DNA of 62,476 nucleotides, filler included, from Candidatus Hydrogenedentota bacterium (GTDB lineage Bacteria > JBFMHD01): NCBI GenBank assembly GCA_040752395.1. It is 5 parts of 5 records of this genome, joined end to end, with 100 filler letters (N's around TTAATTAATTAA, not from the genome) between each part and the next. Parts side by side here need not be neighbours in the genome. Positions count along the whole stretch, not along the records: positions 9,398 to 34,583 come from JBFMHD010000011.1; positions 34,684 to 43,895 come from JBFMHD010000110.1; 3 more parts are not named here. One strand, 5' to 3'. A model generated the notes under the pieces. It ran no database searches, had not been told where the DNA came from, and worked only from the letters and a program-made list of their open reading frames with translations. The position numbers and the translations under genes were made by a program. How positions within the stretch are numbered: the stretch's first letter is position 1; every line of letters starts with the position of its first letter. Below, one piece after another: positions 31,844 through 42,014 of the stretch.

Positions 31844-31979
31844 CTCCCTCGAAAAAAGTAAGAAGTAAGAAGTGGGAAGTGAGAAGTATCGGGACGGGCT
31901 ACGGGCTACGGCCGGCTGGAGCCTGAGTCCCGTAGAATGTAGTCTGCAATCTGAAGCCTGTAGTCTGTATCCTGAAGCC
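31844..31979 (-). repeat. Modular SD-anchored repeat upstream of ddl (AGTRRGA heptamer variant)
   Basis: CTCCCTCGAAAAA head; AGTAAGA/AGTGGGA/AGTGAGA; GGCTACG; GCCGGCTGGAGCC. Confidence 0.85.
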
Positions 31980-32001
31980 AACTTATCATTTTATGCTTCC
32001 T

Positions 32002-33417
32002 TCATTCATTTTGCAATCCCCAATTTCCAATCTTCAATTTACAATTCGACATGCGCAGCGTGTCGGCTATTAATGGTACTAATTGCGCAATGCTTCCTGC
32101 TCCCAAGCACAATACAATATCACCCTCTTTTACTATCTCTTTGATTCTACTACATACTTCTTCAAAATCTTTTACTAATATAATTTTATCTTTATTTTTA
32201 AACTCTCTGTAAATCCAGAAAGGAGAGACACTATAAATATTGGTTTCATCTGCGGGATAGATATCCATGAGCATCGTCAAGTCAAAATTATCTTCCAGCA
32301 CTTCTGTGAATTCTTTATAAAGATAATAAGTTCTTGAAAATCGATGAGGTTGAAATACCGCTATCAATCGTCTGGGATTCAATTTTTTTGCGCTCTGTGC
32401 TGTAAATTTTATTTCTGTAGGATGATGACCATAATCATCAATAATTTTTACTCCGTTAATATCTCCTGCTAATTGAAATCTTCTTTTAACACCGCTGTAT
32501 TCTTTGATGGACTTTTCAATAACCCTATCTTTGATCCCGAGTAATAGCCCGACCGATGCAGCTGCTAATGAATTTAAAAGATATTGTCTGCCCGGAACGT
32601 TTATTCTGAATTTACCCACCACTTTATTTTTATATCTAATCTTGAAATTTGAACCATTAGAGTCTTCTTCTATGTCAAAAGCTTTTACATCCGCCTCATC
32701 AGAATCGATACCATAGGTTATGACCCTCCTGTTTATTTGAGGTAGTATCTCTCTAATATGAGGGTCGTCATAACAGACAACAGAGAACCCATAAAAAGGA
32801 ATCCTGTTAATAAAATCTTTAAATACAGTAACAATATTTTTAAAATCAGTATAAAAATCAAGATGGTCATTATCTATATTTGTTACCACAGCTATCTCTG
32901 GTGTTAATCTCATAAAAGAACCATCAGATTCATCAGCTTCAACAACTATGTACTCGCCCCTTCCAAGTCTCGCATTTGTACCACTACTATGAACAAGACC
33001 GCCCACAATAACTGTTGGGTCATAACCTGCTTCAGTTAATATCAGTCCTAAGATCGATGTTGTTGTTGTTTTACCATGGGTGCCTGCGACTGCTATGCCC
33101 CTTTTCATTCTCATAAGTTCGAAAAGCATCTCGGCTCTATGTAATAACGGTATCTTCCTGTTTCTTGCTTCAATTATCTCAGGATTATCGTCTTTTATAG
33201 CGGAAGAGAAAACTATCGCATCAACCTCTCCTATATTCTCTTTTTTATGTCCAATAAATATCGTGGTTCCTAAATCTGCAAGCCGTTTCGTTATCTCGCT
33301 CTCTTTAATATCAGAACCTGTAACCTTAAACTTTAGCTGAAGCAATATCTCAGCTATGCCGCTCATCCCACTACCACCTATGCCAATAAGATGAATTCTA
33401 TACTTTTTACGTAACAT
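32002..33417 (-). CDS. murC: UDP-N-acetylmuramate--L-alanine ligase
   Basis: GIGGSGMSG, GTHGKTTT, EADESD, DDYGHHPTE. Confidence 0.97.
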   Translation of the reverse strand: MLRKKYRIHLIGIGGSGMSGIAEILLQLKFKVTGSDIKESEITKRLADLGTTIFIGHKKENIGEVDAIVFSSAIKDDNPEIIEARNRKIPLLHRAEMLFELMRMKRGIAVAGTHGKTTTTSILGLILTEAGYDPTVIVGGLVHSSGTNARLGRGEYIVVEADESDGSFMRLTPEIAVVTNIDNDHLDFYTDFKNIVTVFKDFINRIPFYGFSVVCYDDPHIREILPQINRRVITYGIDSDEADVKAFDIEEDSNGSNFKIRYKNKVVGKFRINVPGRQYLLNSLAAASVGLLLGIKDRVIEKSIKEYSGVKRRFQLAGDINGVKIIDDYGHHPTEIKFTAQSAKKLNPRRLIAVFQPHRFSRTYYLYKEFTEVLEDNFDLTMLMDIYPADETNIYSVSPFWIYREFKNKDKIILVKDFEEVCSRIKEIVKEGDIVLCLGAGSIAQLVPLIADTLRMSNCKLKIGNWGLQNE

Positions 33418-34501
33418 AACTCTCGGAGATTACCCCTTTCATTATTATTTCCACAATTTTATTCGAAGCATCTTTATGTGTATCTACTTTCTTTAAAGAT
33501 TTGATCTCATCTCTTTTGTTGTATAATTCATTAATCTTTTCTAATAAAATTTCTCTTTTTAAATCTTTTTCTTCAATTACAACACCAAGCCCATTTTCTT
33601 CTGCACTTCTTGCATTATATAATTGATGATTATCAGCTGAAATTTTTAACGGTATGTATATTGAATATATTCCCAGGGATATAAGTTCTGAGACTGTAAG
33701 TGCCCCTGCCCTTGATATCGCTATATCACTGCTTCCATAAGCATCATGCATATTCCATATAAAGGGATAGACTTTTATATTAGAAAAAGAGGATGTCTTC
33801 TCTTTAATAACCTCGTAGTCTCCTTCGCCTGTTATCCAGATAACCTCTATATCACTTTTAAAATCAGGTACTATATCAATAAAAGTTTGATTGATTATCC
33901 TCGAACCCTGACTTCCACCAAATACTAAAATTACAAACGAACTTTTCAGAATACCAAATTTTTCTCGGGATCTCTCCCTATCACCTGAAAATATGCCGTC
34001 CCTTAATGGATTACCTGTATAAAATACCTTATAAGGTGGAAAATACTTCTTTGCCTCATTAAAACCAATAAAAACCAGATCAGCAAAATAACCACCAACC
34101 CTGTTTGCTAATCCTGCATAAGAATTTTGCTCCTGGATGGCAAGAGGTATCCTTTTTAATCCACAGGCAATATATACTGGTAACGAGACATAACCCCCTG
34201 TTCCAATCACAATCCGTGGTTTTAAAATATTTAAATGTTTTATTGCAGAGGCTATTCCTTTATAAATCTCTTTTATAACTTTTAAATTTTCCAGATACTT
34301 TCCTCGTTTATAGGAAGCAGAGTATATCGCGTGAAATGGGTATCCCTCACGTTTAACCCACTCTTCTTCTTTCGAACCTTCTCTTCCTAAAAAATGTAAA
34401 CCCCACATTGGTAAACTCTTCTTTAATAAAGAAGCTAAAGTAAGCGCCGGTATTATATGTCCACCTGTGCCACCACAGGTAAAAACTATGTTCTGCATCA
34501 T
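33407..34501 (-). CDS. murG: Undecaprenyl-PP-MurNAc-pentapeptide GlcNAc transferase
   Basis: GGTGGHI.P, GTGGYVS, EQN, GGSQG. Confidence 0.96.
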   Translation of the reverse strand: MMQNIVFTCGGTGGHIIPALTLASLLKKSLPMWGLHFLGREGSKEEEWVKREGYPFHAIYSASYKRGKYLENLKVIKEIYKGIASAIKHLNILKPRIVIGTGGYVSLPVYIACGLKRIPLAIQEQNSYAGLANRVGGYFADLVFIGFNEAKKYFPPYKVFYTGNPLRDGIFSGDRERSREKFGILKSSFVILVFGGSQGSRIINQTFIDIVPDFKSDIEVIWITGEGDYEVIKEKTSSFSNIKVYPFIWNMHDAYGSSDIAISRAGALTVSELISLGIYSIYIPLKISADNHQLYNARSAEENGLGVVIEEKDLKREILLEKINELYNKRDEIKSLKKVDTHKDASNKIVEIIMKGVISESYVT

Positions 34502-34535
34502 TTTATCCTCTATCTTGCTTCTTTCGTTATCTTAA

Positions 34536-34583
34536 TTACAATTGTCTCGAGATGTTCAATATTATCCCTGTCGCAATAAAAGC
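34536..34583 (-). CDS. ftsW: 3' end of FtsW, truncated by gap
   Basis: Reads AFIATGIILNISRQL-stop, directly before murG. Confidence 0.75.
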   Translation of the reverse strand, partial: AFIATGIILNISRQL

Positions 34584-34683
34584 NNNNNNNNNNNNNNNNN
34601 NNNNNNNNNNNNNNNNNNNNNNNNNNNTTAATTAATTAANNNNNNNNNNNNNNNNNNNNNNNNNNNNNNNNNNNNNNNNNNNN
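34584..34683. other. Assembly gap with artificial linker
   Basis: N-run with TTAATTAATTAA. Confidence 0.98.
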
Positions 34684-34931
34684 AACTCTAATAATATCAA
34701 GTAGAAGCAAGAGGCAAGATAACGGAAGAAGTGAGAGGTATCAGGACAGGCTACAGGCTACGGACTACAGCCGGCTGGAGCCAAAAGCCAAAAGCCTGCT
34801 GAAAAGTCTTGAGTCTTGAGTCTCGAGTCTCGAGTCCTGTTTTGACTCACGACTCACGACTCTTTTCATATCATCTTTAGTTTTTCATCCTTTTGGCCTT
34901 TGTGCCTTTCTCTTCTGTCTCCTGTCTTCTG
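34684..34931 (-). repeat. Modular repeat downstream of ruvX, cut by gap
   Basis: Partial core, then the same module order as 16647 and 21389. Confidence 0.9.
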
Positions 34932-34933
34932 AA

Positions 34934-35356
34934 TCAACTATGTCGCAAGTTCTTTTCAATATATTCTTTCAGTATGAGGGTTGCTGCTATTTTATCTATC
35001 TTCTCTTTTCTTTTTTTTCTTGAGAGACCAACCCTGATAAACATCTCTTCTGCGTTTTGTGTTGAATATTCTTCATCGACGTATTCTATATCGATCCCTG
35101 TTTCTTTATCGATATCATCGCCAATTTTTTCACCAAGTAATGCGGCATAAGATGGTTTTCCTTCGCTGTTTTTAGAATAACCGATTATTACTTTTTCTAC
35201 ATCGTTAGCTGTTATAATCTCTTTCAATTCTTTAACAAGTGATGCTCTGTCTTTGGATTCAATTATCTTGTAGGGGAATGCAATCTTTTTATTTTTATCA
35301 CTTATTGCAACGCCTATTCTTTTCTTACCGGGGTCAATACAAAGTAGTTTACCCAT
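34934..35356 (-). CDS. ruvX: Holliday junction resolvase-like RuvX/YqgF
   Basis: ID.GKKRIGVAISD, VDE.YST, IDKIAA..IL; follows alaS. Confidence 0.9.
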   Translation of the reverse strand: MGKLLCIDPGKKRIGVAISDKNKKIAFPYKIIESKDRASLVKELKEIITANDVEKVIIGYSKNSEGKPSYAALLGEKIGDDIDKETGIDIEYVDEEYSTQNAEEMFIRVGLSRKKRKEKIDKIAATLILKEYIEKNLRHS

Positions 35357-38003
35357 TGATTTTTCTATAAACAAATTCTTTTATTTTGGCTATTGCTTTA
35401 TCAATATTTTGAGGTTTTCTACCGCCTGCCTGAACAAAATCAGTTCTTCCGCCACCACTGCCATCAATAATCTCTTTTATCCCATCAATTATTTCTCGTG
35501 CATCAATCCTATCAATCAGATTTTTATTTACAAAGATACATACATTACATCTATCATCAAATTTAGAGAAAATAGCGACTATCGAATCTTTTTCTTGAGA
35601 TTTCAAAACCGCTTCAGTTATGTTTCTTAATTCTCTCTGCTCAACTTTATCTAATCTATTAAAAACAAGGTTGATGGTTTCATTAACTTTGTAAATTTCT
35701 AATTCATCTTTGTCTCTACGTGTTCTTATTAACACGATTTCATCTTTAAGAGTTTGTAGTTCTTTTTCAAGTTCTTTTACTCTTTTATTCGTCTTTTGTA
35801 TTCTATCAACAAGATGCTCTCTGTTAACATTTAATGTTCTTGCAATCTCATCGATATTATTATCCAGTTCTTTTACGTAGTCAATAAAAGCATGTCCGCA
35901 GACTGCTTCGATCCTGCGAACACCAGAAGCGATGCTGTTCTCTTTTAATATCCAGAACGAACCTATCTCACCGGTACTTCTGCAATGCGTACCGCCACAT
36001 AATTCTCTTGAGATATCAGCTATACTTACAACCCTTACTCTGCTACCATATTTTTCCTCAAAAAAAGCAAGCGCCTGTTTTTTAATAGCTTCCTCTTTAT
36101 CCATCTCTTTATAACTCACCTCTAAATTATCAATTATCCACTCATTTACAATTTCAATTATTCTTGTGAGTTCTGGTTCATCGATGCTTTTATAGTGAGT
36201 AAAATCAAACCTTAATCTATCAGGGCCGACATACGAACCTGACTGTTTTATATGAGCGCCCACGACCTTTCTTATGGCTGATTGCAAAAGATGAGTACAG
36301 GAATGATGAGCCATAATCCTTTTTCGTCTTAAAATATCAACTTTTGCCTTTACCTTTCCTTTTTTTTCAATTTCACCTTTTAGTATTTTCCCATAATGAA
36401 GATAAATATTACTCTCTCTTTTTTCTACTTTTTCTACCTTAAATATAAAATTTTCATTTTCAATGATCCCTGTATCGGTTACCTGTCCACCGGCCTCAGC
36501 ATAAAATGGTGTTCTATCAAGAATAATAAAACCCTCTTTATCAAGTATATCAACAGGCTCTCTCTCCTTGTTAAGAAGAAATAATATATCGGCCTTTTCT
36601 TCACAGGATTCGTATCCTGTGAATAGGGTTTGCTGTAAATTATCTTCCCACTCAAATCTTCCAATATCGAGTGTTCCTTTAAAAGTTCCTTTTGACTTTT
36701 CTCTGCTCTTATTCATTTCGTTTTCAAACCCGATTTCGTCAATCGAGAGTCCCTTTTCTCTTGCTATTACACTGGTTAAATCAGGTGGAAATCCATAGGT
36801 ATCATACAACTTAAATACAACTTCTCCGTTTATTACCTCCCTGGCCTGTCTTAACGTTTCACTTATTTCTTTATCAAGTATATTTAATCCTTCAGTTAGT
36901 GTACTCAAAAATTTATCTTCTTCAATATTAACAACTTTTATTATATGTTCTTTCTTTTCTTCTAATTCAGGATATACATCACTAAATATGAAGCAAAGTT
37001 GTGGGATGAGTCTATACAAAACAGGTTTATCAAACCCGAGGCGTTTCGAATGACGTATAGCCCTTCTTATAATTCTTCTTAAAACATTTCCCCGCCCCTC
37101 GTTTGAAGGTAGCACTCCATCTGCGATAAGAAACCCCATTGCTCTTATATGGTCAGCTATGACTCTTAAACTGACATCAGTATCCGGTTCTTCACCATAT
37201 TTTGTTTTTGAGAACTCTTCCATCTTCTGTATAATCGGGAATAACAAATCGGTTTCGAAGTTACTTTTTTTATGCTGCATAATAGCTGCGAGTCGTTCGA
37301 GTCCCATCCCTGTATCGATGCTCGGTGCTGGTAAAGGTTTGAGAGTACCGTCCTCTTGCCGATTAAACTGCATAAATACAAGGTTCCATAATTCAAGAAA
37401 TCTGTCGCAACTGCAAGCTGGGGAACAACTCTTTTTACCACAACCCACCCTTTCCCCCTGATCGAAATGTATTTCAGAACATGGTCCACAGGGTCCGGTA
37501 TTCCCCATTGCCCAGAAATTATTCTCATCGCCTTTTGCTATATCGCCGAGTCTTAATATCCTTTCTTTTCTAAACCCAGCTTTTTCCCAGCACTCAAAAG
37601 CCTCGTCATCATAAGTATAAATACTAATCCATAAATCTTCTTTATCGATACCGAGAATTTTATTTAAGAATTCCAGTGCATAAGCTATCGCGTCTTGTTT
37701 AAAATAATCCCCGAACGAGAAATTACCAAGCATCTCAAAAAAAGTGTGATGTCTTGCGGTATACCCAACGTTCTCAAGGTCATTATGTTTGCCGCCAGCC
37801 CGAACACATTTCTGACTCGACACAGCCCTCCTGTAATCACGCTTCTCTAACCCTAAAAAAGTAAATTTGAACTGATTCATTCCGGCATTGGTAAAAAGCA
37901 AAGTAGGGTCACCCTGAGGTATAAGAGATGAGCTTTTAACTATTTTGTGGTTATATGATTCAAAATATCTTAAAAAATTTTTTCTTAAAGTCTCGTGATC
38001 CAT
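35349..38003 (-). CDS. alaS: Alanine--tRNA ligase
   Basis: LLFTNAGMNQFK, HHTFFEMLGNFSFGDYFK, ELCGGTH, GGGG DHHA1. Confidence 0.98.
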   Translation of the reverse strand: MDHETLRKNFLRYFESYNHKIVKSSSLIPQGDPTLLFTNAGMNQFKFTFLGLEKRDYRRAVSSQKCVRAGGKHNDLENVGYTARHHTFFEMLGNFSFGDYFKQDAIAYALEFLNKILGIDKEDLWISIYTYDDEAFECWEKAGFRKERILRLGDIAKGDENNFWAMGNTGPCGPCSEIHFDQGERVGCGKKSCSPACSCDRFLELWNLVFMQFNRQEDGTLKPLPAPSIDTGMGLERLAAIMQHKKSNFETDLLFPIIQKMEEFSKTKYGEEPDTDVSLRVIADHIRAMGFLIADGVLPSNEGRGNVLRRIIRRAIRHSKRLGFDKPVLYRLIPQLCFIFSDVYPELEEKKEHIIKVVNIEEDKFLSTLTEGLNILDKEISETLRQAREVINGEVVFKLYDTYGFPPDLTSVIAREKGLSIDEIGFENEMNKSREKSKGTFKGTLDIGRFEWEDNLQQTLFTGYESCEEKADILFLLNKEREPVDILDKEGFIILDRTPFYAEAGGQVTDTGIIENENFIFKVEKVEKRESNIYLHYGKILKGEIEKKGKVKAKVDILRRKRIMAHHSCTHLLQSAIRKVVGAHIKQSGSYVGPDRLRFDFTHYKSIDEPELTRIIEIVNEWIIDNLEVSYKEMDKEEAIKKQALAFFEEKYGSRVRVVSIADISRELCGGTHCRSTGEIGSFWILKENSIASGVRRIEAVCGHAFIDYVKELDNNIDEIARTLNVNREHLVDRIQKTNKRVKELEKELQTLKDEIVLIRTRRDKDELEIYKVNETINLVFNRLDKVEQRELRNITEAVLKSQEKDSIVAIFSKFDDRCNVCIFVNKNLIDRIDAREIIDGIKEIIDGSGGGRTDFVQAGGRKPQNIDKAIAKIKEFVYRKING

Positions 38004-38039
38004 TCTCTACCTCGTCCCACCCTATCAGGTTCTACCTCA

Positions 38040-38936
38040 TCATTTCAAAAATTCAAAACTCTTCTCCCAGTCAGATAGTATCTCTTTACCCTTGGTATAA
38101 ATTCGCTGGACATCAGAGGTAGACATACCAAGGTTTCTTAAAATATATGAACCTATCTTAACATTCTTTTCAAAAGGAGAAACAACATTTAACTTATAAC
38201 AAATATAATTTGCAATATGAACAAAACAAATCTCTTTGAAATACTCTGATTCAAAAACAGGTGAATGATGGTCCCTTACTACCTGAACATATAATGCAGG
38301 CAATCCCCATTTTTGAAGCAGTCTGCTGCCAAGTATGCCGTGATCAAACCCAAACACGTGTCTTTCTGCCTGATAAAACTCAAGCCCTTTATCCTCAATA
38401 ATCGTCTTTATAGTCTGAATATGTTCTTCAACTATTGGTGCAAGCACAAGTTTACCCACGTCGTGCAATAAACCAGTAATAAAAGCCACTTCCGGGTCTT
38501 CAACACCAAATCTTTGAGAGAGTTCCCTTGATAATAAACCGTTGATAACAGAATGTTTCCATAATTCTTCACTTTTATAACCATATCCACTAACCTCACC
38601 TTTTAATATATTATAAGCACTTGCAGCAAAAACAAGACTGCGTATCGTTCTAAACCCTAAGATTATTATAGCTTGTGAAATGGTCTTGATCCTGCCTGAA
38701 AAACCATAATAAGCAGAATTTGCAATTTTTAAAACATTGGTTGTAAGAGAGACGTCCTGGGCAATCAGATATTGAAGATCAGCAATTTTTGCTTCCGGGT
38801 CATCCAGCATGACCATAATTCTTGATAATATGATAGGTAAACTTGGTATATTTTCAACTTTTGCAAGTATATACTCAAGTAATTCTGCACTTTCTGGTGT
38901 CAGCTCATAATCTCCCATTTTCTTTACCTCTCTCAA
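38040..38936 (-). CDS. HDOD domain protein
   Basis: PSLP, VLKIANSAYYG, GLLHDVGK, DHG..G..L...W.LP. Confidence 0.88.
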   Translation of the reverse strand: MREVKKMGDYELTPESAELLEYILAKVENIPSLPIILSRIMVMLDDPEAKIADLQYLIAQDVSLTTNVLKIANSAYYGFSGRIKTISQAIIILGFRTIRSLVFAASAYNILKGEVSGYGYKSEELWKHSVINGLLSRELSQRFGVEDPEVAFITGLLHDVGKLVLAPIVEEHIQTIKTIIEDKGLEFYQAERHVFGFDHGILGSRLLQKWGLPALYVQVVRDHHSPVFESEYFKEICFVHIANYICYKLNVVSPFEKNVKIGSYILRNLGMSTSDVQRIYTKGKEILSDWEKSFEFLK

Positions 38937-38983
38937 CCCTGCACGCCTTTCTCTCTTTAATAAGATGAAAGCATGGATTAAAT

Positions 38984-39559
38984 TTATAAGTTAAAAATTT
39001 TTTGTTCTTGTGGTTCTTGAGTTTCTGATTCTTCCTCTGTTTCAATCATTTCTTCGAGTTCTTTTAAAGTCGGCATATCTTTTAAGTCTTTTAAACCGAA
39101 AACTTTTAAAAATTCATCTGTTGTTCTATATAAGAGCGGTTTACCTGGTTCTTCTTTTCTTCCTGATATCTCAATAAGCCTTTTATCAAGTAATGTTTTT
39201 AAGACACCCTCTGAATTCACTCCTCTGAGATTATCAATCTCTGGTCTTGTTATCGGCTGATTATAAGCAATTATAGCTAAAGTTTCGAGTCCTGGTCTTG
39301 ATAATCTAATTTTTTTCTGTATTTTGAAATACTCTCTCAGAACCGGTGCGCAATCAGGCGAAGTCACCATCTGCATTCCGCCTGCTACCTCTACGATACG
39401 CAAACCTCTACTCTGGCTTTCATATTCTTTTTTCAGTTCATTGACAACCTTTTCAATTTCATCTTCATTTTTTTCAAAGAAAGAAGCGAGTTCTTTTATT
39501 TTGAGAGGTTGAGAACTTGCAAAGATTATAGCCTCAACCAACGGTTTTAATTCAGTCAT
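38984..39559 (-). CDS. scpB: SMC-Scp complex subunit ScpB
   Basis: LETLAIIAYNQPITR.EI...RGV, PGKP.LY.TT..FL. Confidence 0.95.
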   Translation of the reverse strand: MTELKPLVEAIIFASSQPLKIKELASFFEKNEDEIEKVVNELKKEYESQSRGLRIVEVAGGMQMVTSPDCAPVLREYFKIQKKIRLSRPGLETLAIIAYNQPITRPEIDNLRGVNSEGVLKTLLDKRLIEISGRKEEPGKPLLYRTTDEFLKVFGLKDLKDMPTLKELEEMIETEEESETQEPQEQKIFNL

Positions 39560-39560
39560 T

Positions 39561-40268
39561 TTATATTCCTTTCGTAATCTCAATCTCGCCAAATAATTCA
39601 GTTTGGACAGCGATAACTTCACCTATTTTTATAAGTTCAAGTAACGCAAGAAACGTAGCTACCAGCATCCTTTTAGAATAAGTACCATCAAATAATTCAA
39701 GAAACCCGATCTTATTTCGTTGTTTTATAATTTTTCTTATGTGTTCAATCCTGTCTTCAATCTTTATGTCGTCTCGTTCAATCACAAGTTTCTGCTTGTT
39801 CTTCTTAATCAGTTGAGCAAATGTTTTCAACAGATCAAGCATATCAACGACAAGTAATTCTTCGGTATTTTCAAATTCTTTCTCTATCCCTATTTCTCCG
39901 TGTTCAAATAAGAGTTCGCGTGAGAGTCGCCTGGCATCTAAAAAATCAGCTGCTTCTTTATACTTCTGATACTCGTGTATCATATCAACAAGCTCCTGTC
40001 TCGGGTCATCATACGTATCTTCTTCCTCAGAGACAGGCGGTTTAGGTAAAAGCATACGTGACTTTATTCTTAAAAGAGTGGCTGCCATCGCAATAAAATC
40101 ACCTGCGATATCGAGATCAAGTTTTTTCATCATCTCAAGATACTCAAGATACTGACTTGTAATCTCTGAGACAGGTATATTCTGGATATCTACCTCGTTT
40201 TTTCTTATAAGATGCAATAATAAATCAAGCGGTCCTTCAAAAATGCTTAACTTAAACTTCAGTTCCAT
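39561..40268 (-). CDS. scpA: Segregation/condensation protein ScpA
   Basis: FEGPLDLLL.LI, MAATL..IKSRMLLP, FLALLEL. Confidence 0.95.
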   Translation of the reverse strand: MELKFKLSIFEGPLDLLLHLIRKNEVDIQNIPVSEITSQYLEYLEMMKKLDLDIAGDFIAMAATLLRIKSRMLLPKPPVSEEEDTYDDPRQELVDMIHEYQKYKEAADFLDARRLSRELLFEHGEIGIEKEFENTEELLVVDMLDLLKTFAQLIKKNKQKLVIERDDIKIEDRIEHIRKIIKQRNKIGFLELFDGTYSKRMLVATFLALLELIKIGEVIAVQTELFGEIEITKGI

Positions 40269-40663
40269 CAAAATTTTTCCTTCAAACTCTTCTTTATAAG
40301 AGCAATCAACTTTCTGACATCCCAAAGGTTATCTTCGATCTCTTTTAAAGTTATCTCTATATCGCTAAAAGGGTATTTTTCTTCAAAATAATATCCTGTC
40401 AATAGTATTGCTAAATCCTGAAATTTCTCAAATCGATTATCATATTTTACTGACTCATCTAATAATTTTTTCAGATTGTGTGTTTTAACCAATCTCCAAC
40501 CTTTACTGAGTAAATAACCCTTTAAATATTTTTCTGTTGCTTGCTGCAATAATACCGCGGCTGTATCCGATTGTCCTTTATGTTTTATAATTAGTTTCAC
40601 GGTGGCAAGATCATGTTCAGCTTTTACAAACCACTCTTTCGCTTTTATTTTATTGTTCTGCAT
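40268..40663 (-). CDS. HEPN domain protein
   Basis: WF.KAEHDL, QQA.EKYLKG, KTHNL. Confidence 0.88.
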   Translation of the reverse strand: MQNNKIKAKEWFVKAEHDLATVKLIIKHKGQSDTAAVLLQQATEKYLKGYLLSKGWRLVKTHNLKKLLDESVKYDNRFEKFQDLAILLTGYYFEEKYPFSDIEITLKEIEDNLWDVRKLIALIKKSLKEKF

Positions 40664-40982
40664 ATAAAACTTTTCCCTTTTCCAATATCTCTTTTACAAA
40701 ATCATCTCCGATTTTTAACCTTTTATTAAGTTCATTTTTTGTAAATACTACTGGCTGAATAGCGATACCTTTAATATCACTTACTATCTTCATCACCTCA
40801 CAAAACCGCTCTATCCTCCTTTTATTTGTTTCTTTAATAATAAAGAGGTCAATATCACTCTCTTCTGTTGGATTACCATAAGCATAAGAGCCAAAGAGAA
40901 TAATCTTCTTTGGTCGGTACTTCTGTCGTATTTTTTTTACCAACCTCTGTATTATTAATTCGGTCTCTCTATTATTTGTCAT
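40650..40982 (-). CDS. Minimal nucleotidyltransferase (MNT)
   Basis: ILFGSYAYG.P...SDIDL, EI...GKVLY. Confidence 0.9.
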   Translation of the reverse strand: MTNNRETELIIQRLVKKIRQKYRPKKIILFGSYAYGNPTEESDIDLFIIKETNKRRIERFCEVMKIVSDIKGIAIQPVVFTKNELNKRLKIGDDFVKEILEKGKVLYAEQ

Positions 40983-40988
40983 ATATCA

Positions 40989-41966
40989 TCAAATACCTAC
41001 TTTAATTGTTTGTTTGACTTCATTTAATACAGTTTTTGCCCTCTCTTTTGCTTTTATTTCACCGTTTGTAAAAATAGACTCTGTATCAATATTTTCTTTT
41101 CTTATCCTTCTAAAAGGTTCGAGAAGATTTATCAGTCTGCAACTAAGTTCATTTTTGCACTCAACACAACCTATCTTTGCGCTTTTGCAGTCTTGTTCAA
41201 TTATCTGAATTCTATCTTTGAAAAATACTTTATGATACTCAAACACAGAGCATACCTCAGGATGCCCGCAATCACTCCTCTTTACTCTCTGCGGGTCGGT
41301 TATCATTGATAATATTTTAGTCTTGATGGATTCTTCATTTTCAGCCAGGTCTATAGTATTCCCAAAACTTTTGCTCATCTTTCGTCCATCAAGCCCGGGT
41401 AATCTCGGTATCTTTGTCAATAAAGCAGTTGGTTCAGGAAATATGCTGCAGTTAAATCTATGATGAAACCTTCTTATTATCTCTCTTGTTATTTCAAGAT
41501 GTGGTAGCTGGTCTTCACCAACAGGTACATAATTAGCTTTATAGATTATTATATCAGCTGTCTGAAGCAATGGGTAATTTAAAAACCCGATAGACACCCG
41601 TTCTTCTTCTTTTAGCATCTCAAGTTTATCTTTATAAGAAGGGCACCTTGTTAACCATGGAACAGGCGTAATTGATGAGAGTATAACAAGAAGCTCGCTA
41701 TGCTCTGGTATCCTTGATTGTCTGAATATTATACTCTTTTGGGGGTTTATACCATAAGCAAGCCAGTCAAGTAAAATCTCTCTTGAATATTCATTGATCT
41801 CGCTCCAGTCAAAAGTATCAGTCGTAGCATGCCAGTCAGCGATAAAGAAATAGCATTGATACTCTTCTTTTTTTTGTAACATAAGAAAATTCTCTAAGCC
41901 ACCTACAAGATGGCCAAGATGTAATCTTCCTGTAGGTCTCATGCCACTTAATACCACTTTCTTCAT
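40989..41966 (-). CDS. trpS: Tryptophan--tRNA ligase
   Basis: SGMRPTG.LHLGH, VPVGEDQ, KMSKS. Confidence 0.97.
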   Translation of the reverse strand: MKKVVLSGMRPTGRLHLGHLVGGLENFLMLQKKEEYQCYFFIADWHATTDTFDWSEINEYSREILLDWLAYGINPQKSIIFRQSRIPEHSELLVILSSITPVPWLTRCPSYKDKLEMLKEEERVSIGFLNYPLLQTADIIIYKANYVPVGEDQLPHLEITREIIRRFHHRFNCSIFPEPTALLTKIPRLPGLDGRKMSKSFGNTIDLAENEESIKTKILSMITDPQRVKRSDCGHPEVCSVFEYHKVFFKDRIQIIEQDCKSAKIGCVECKNELSCRLINLLEPFRRIRKENIDTESIFTNGEIKAKERAKTVLNEVKQTIKVGI

Positions 41967-42014
41967 TTTTTTTCTCCGTTTCCAGCAGCCATCATTCTTC
42001 AGTAACTCGTTTTT

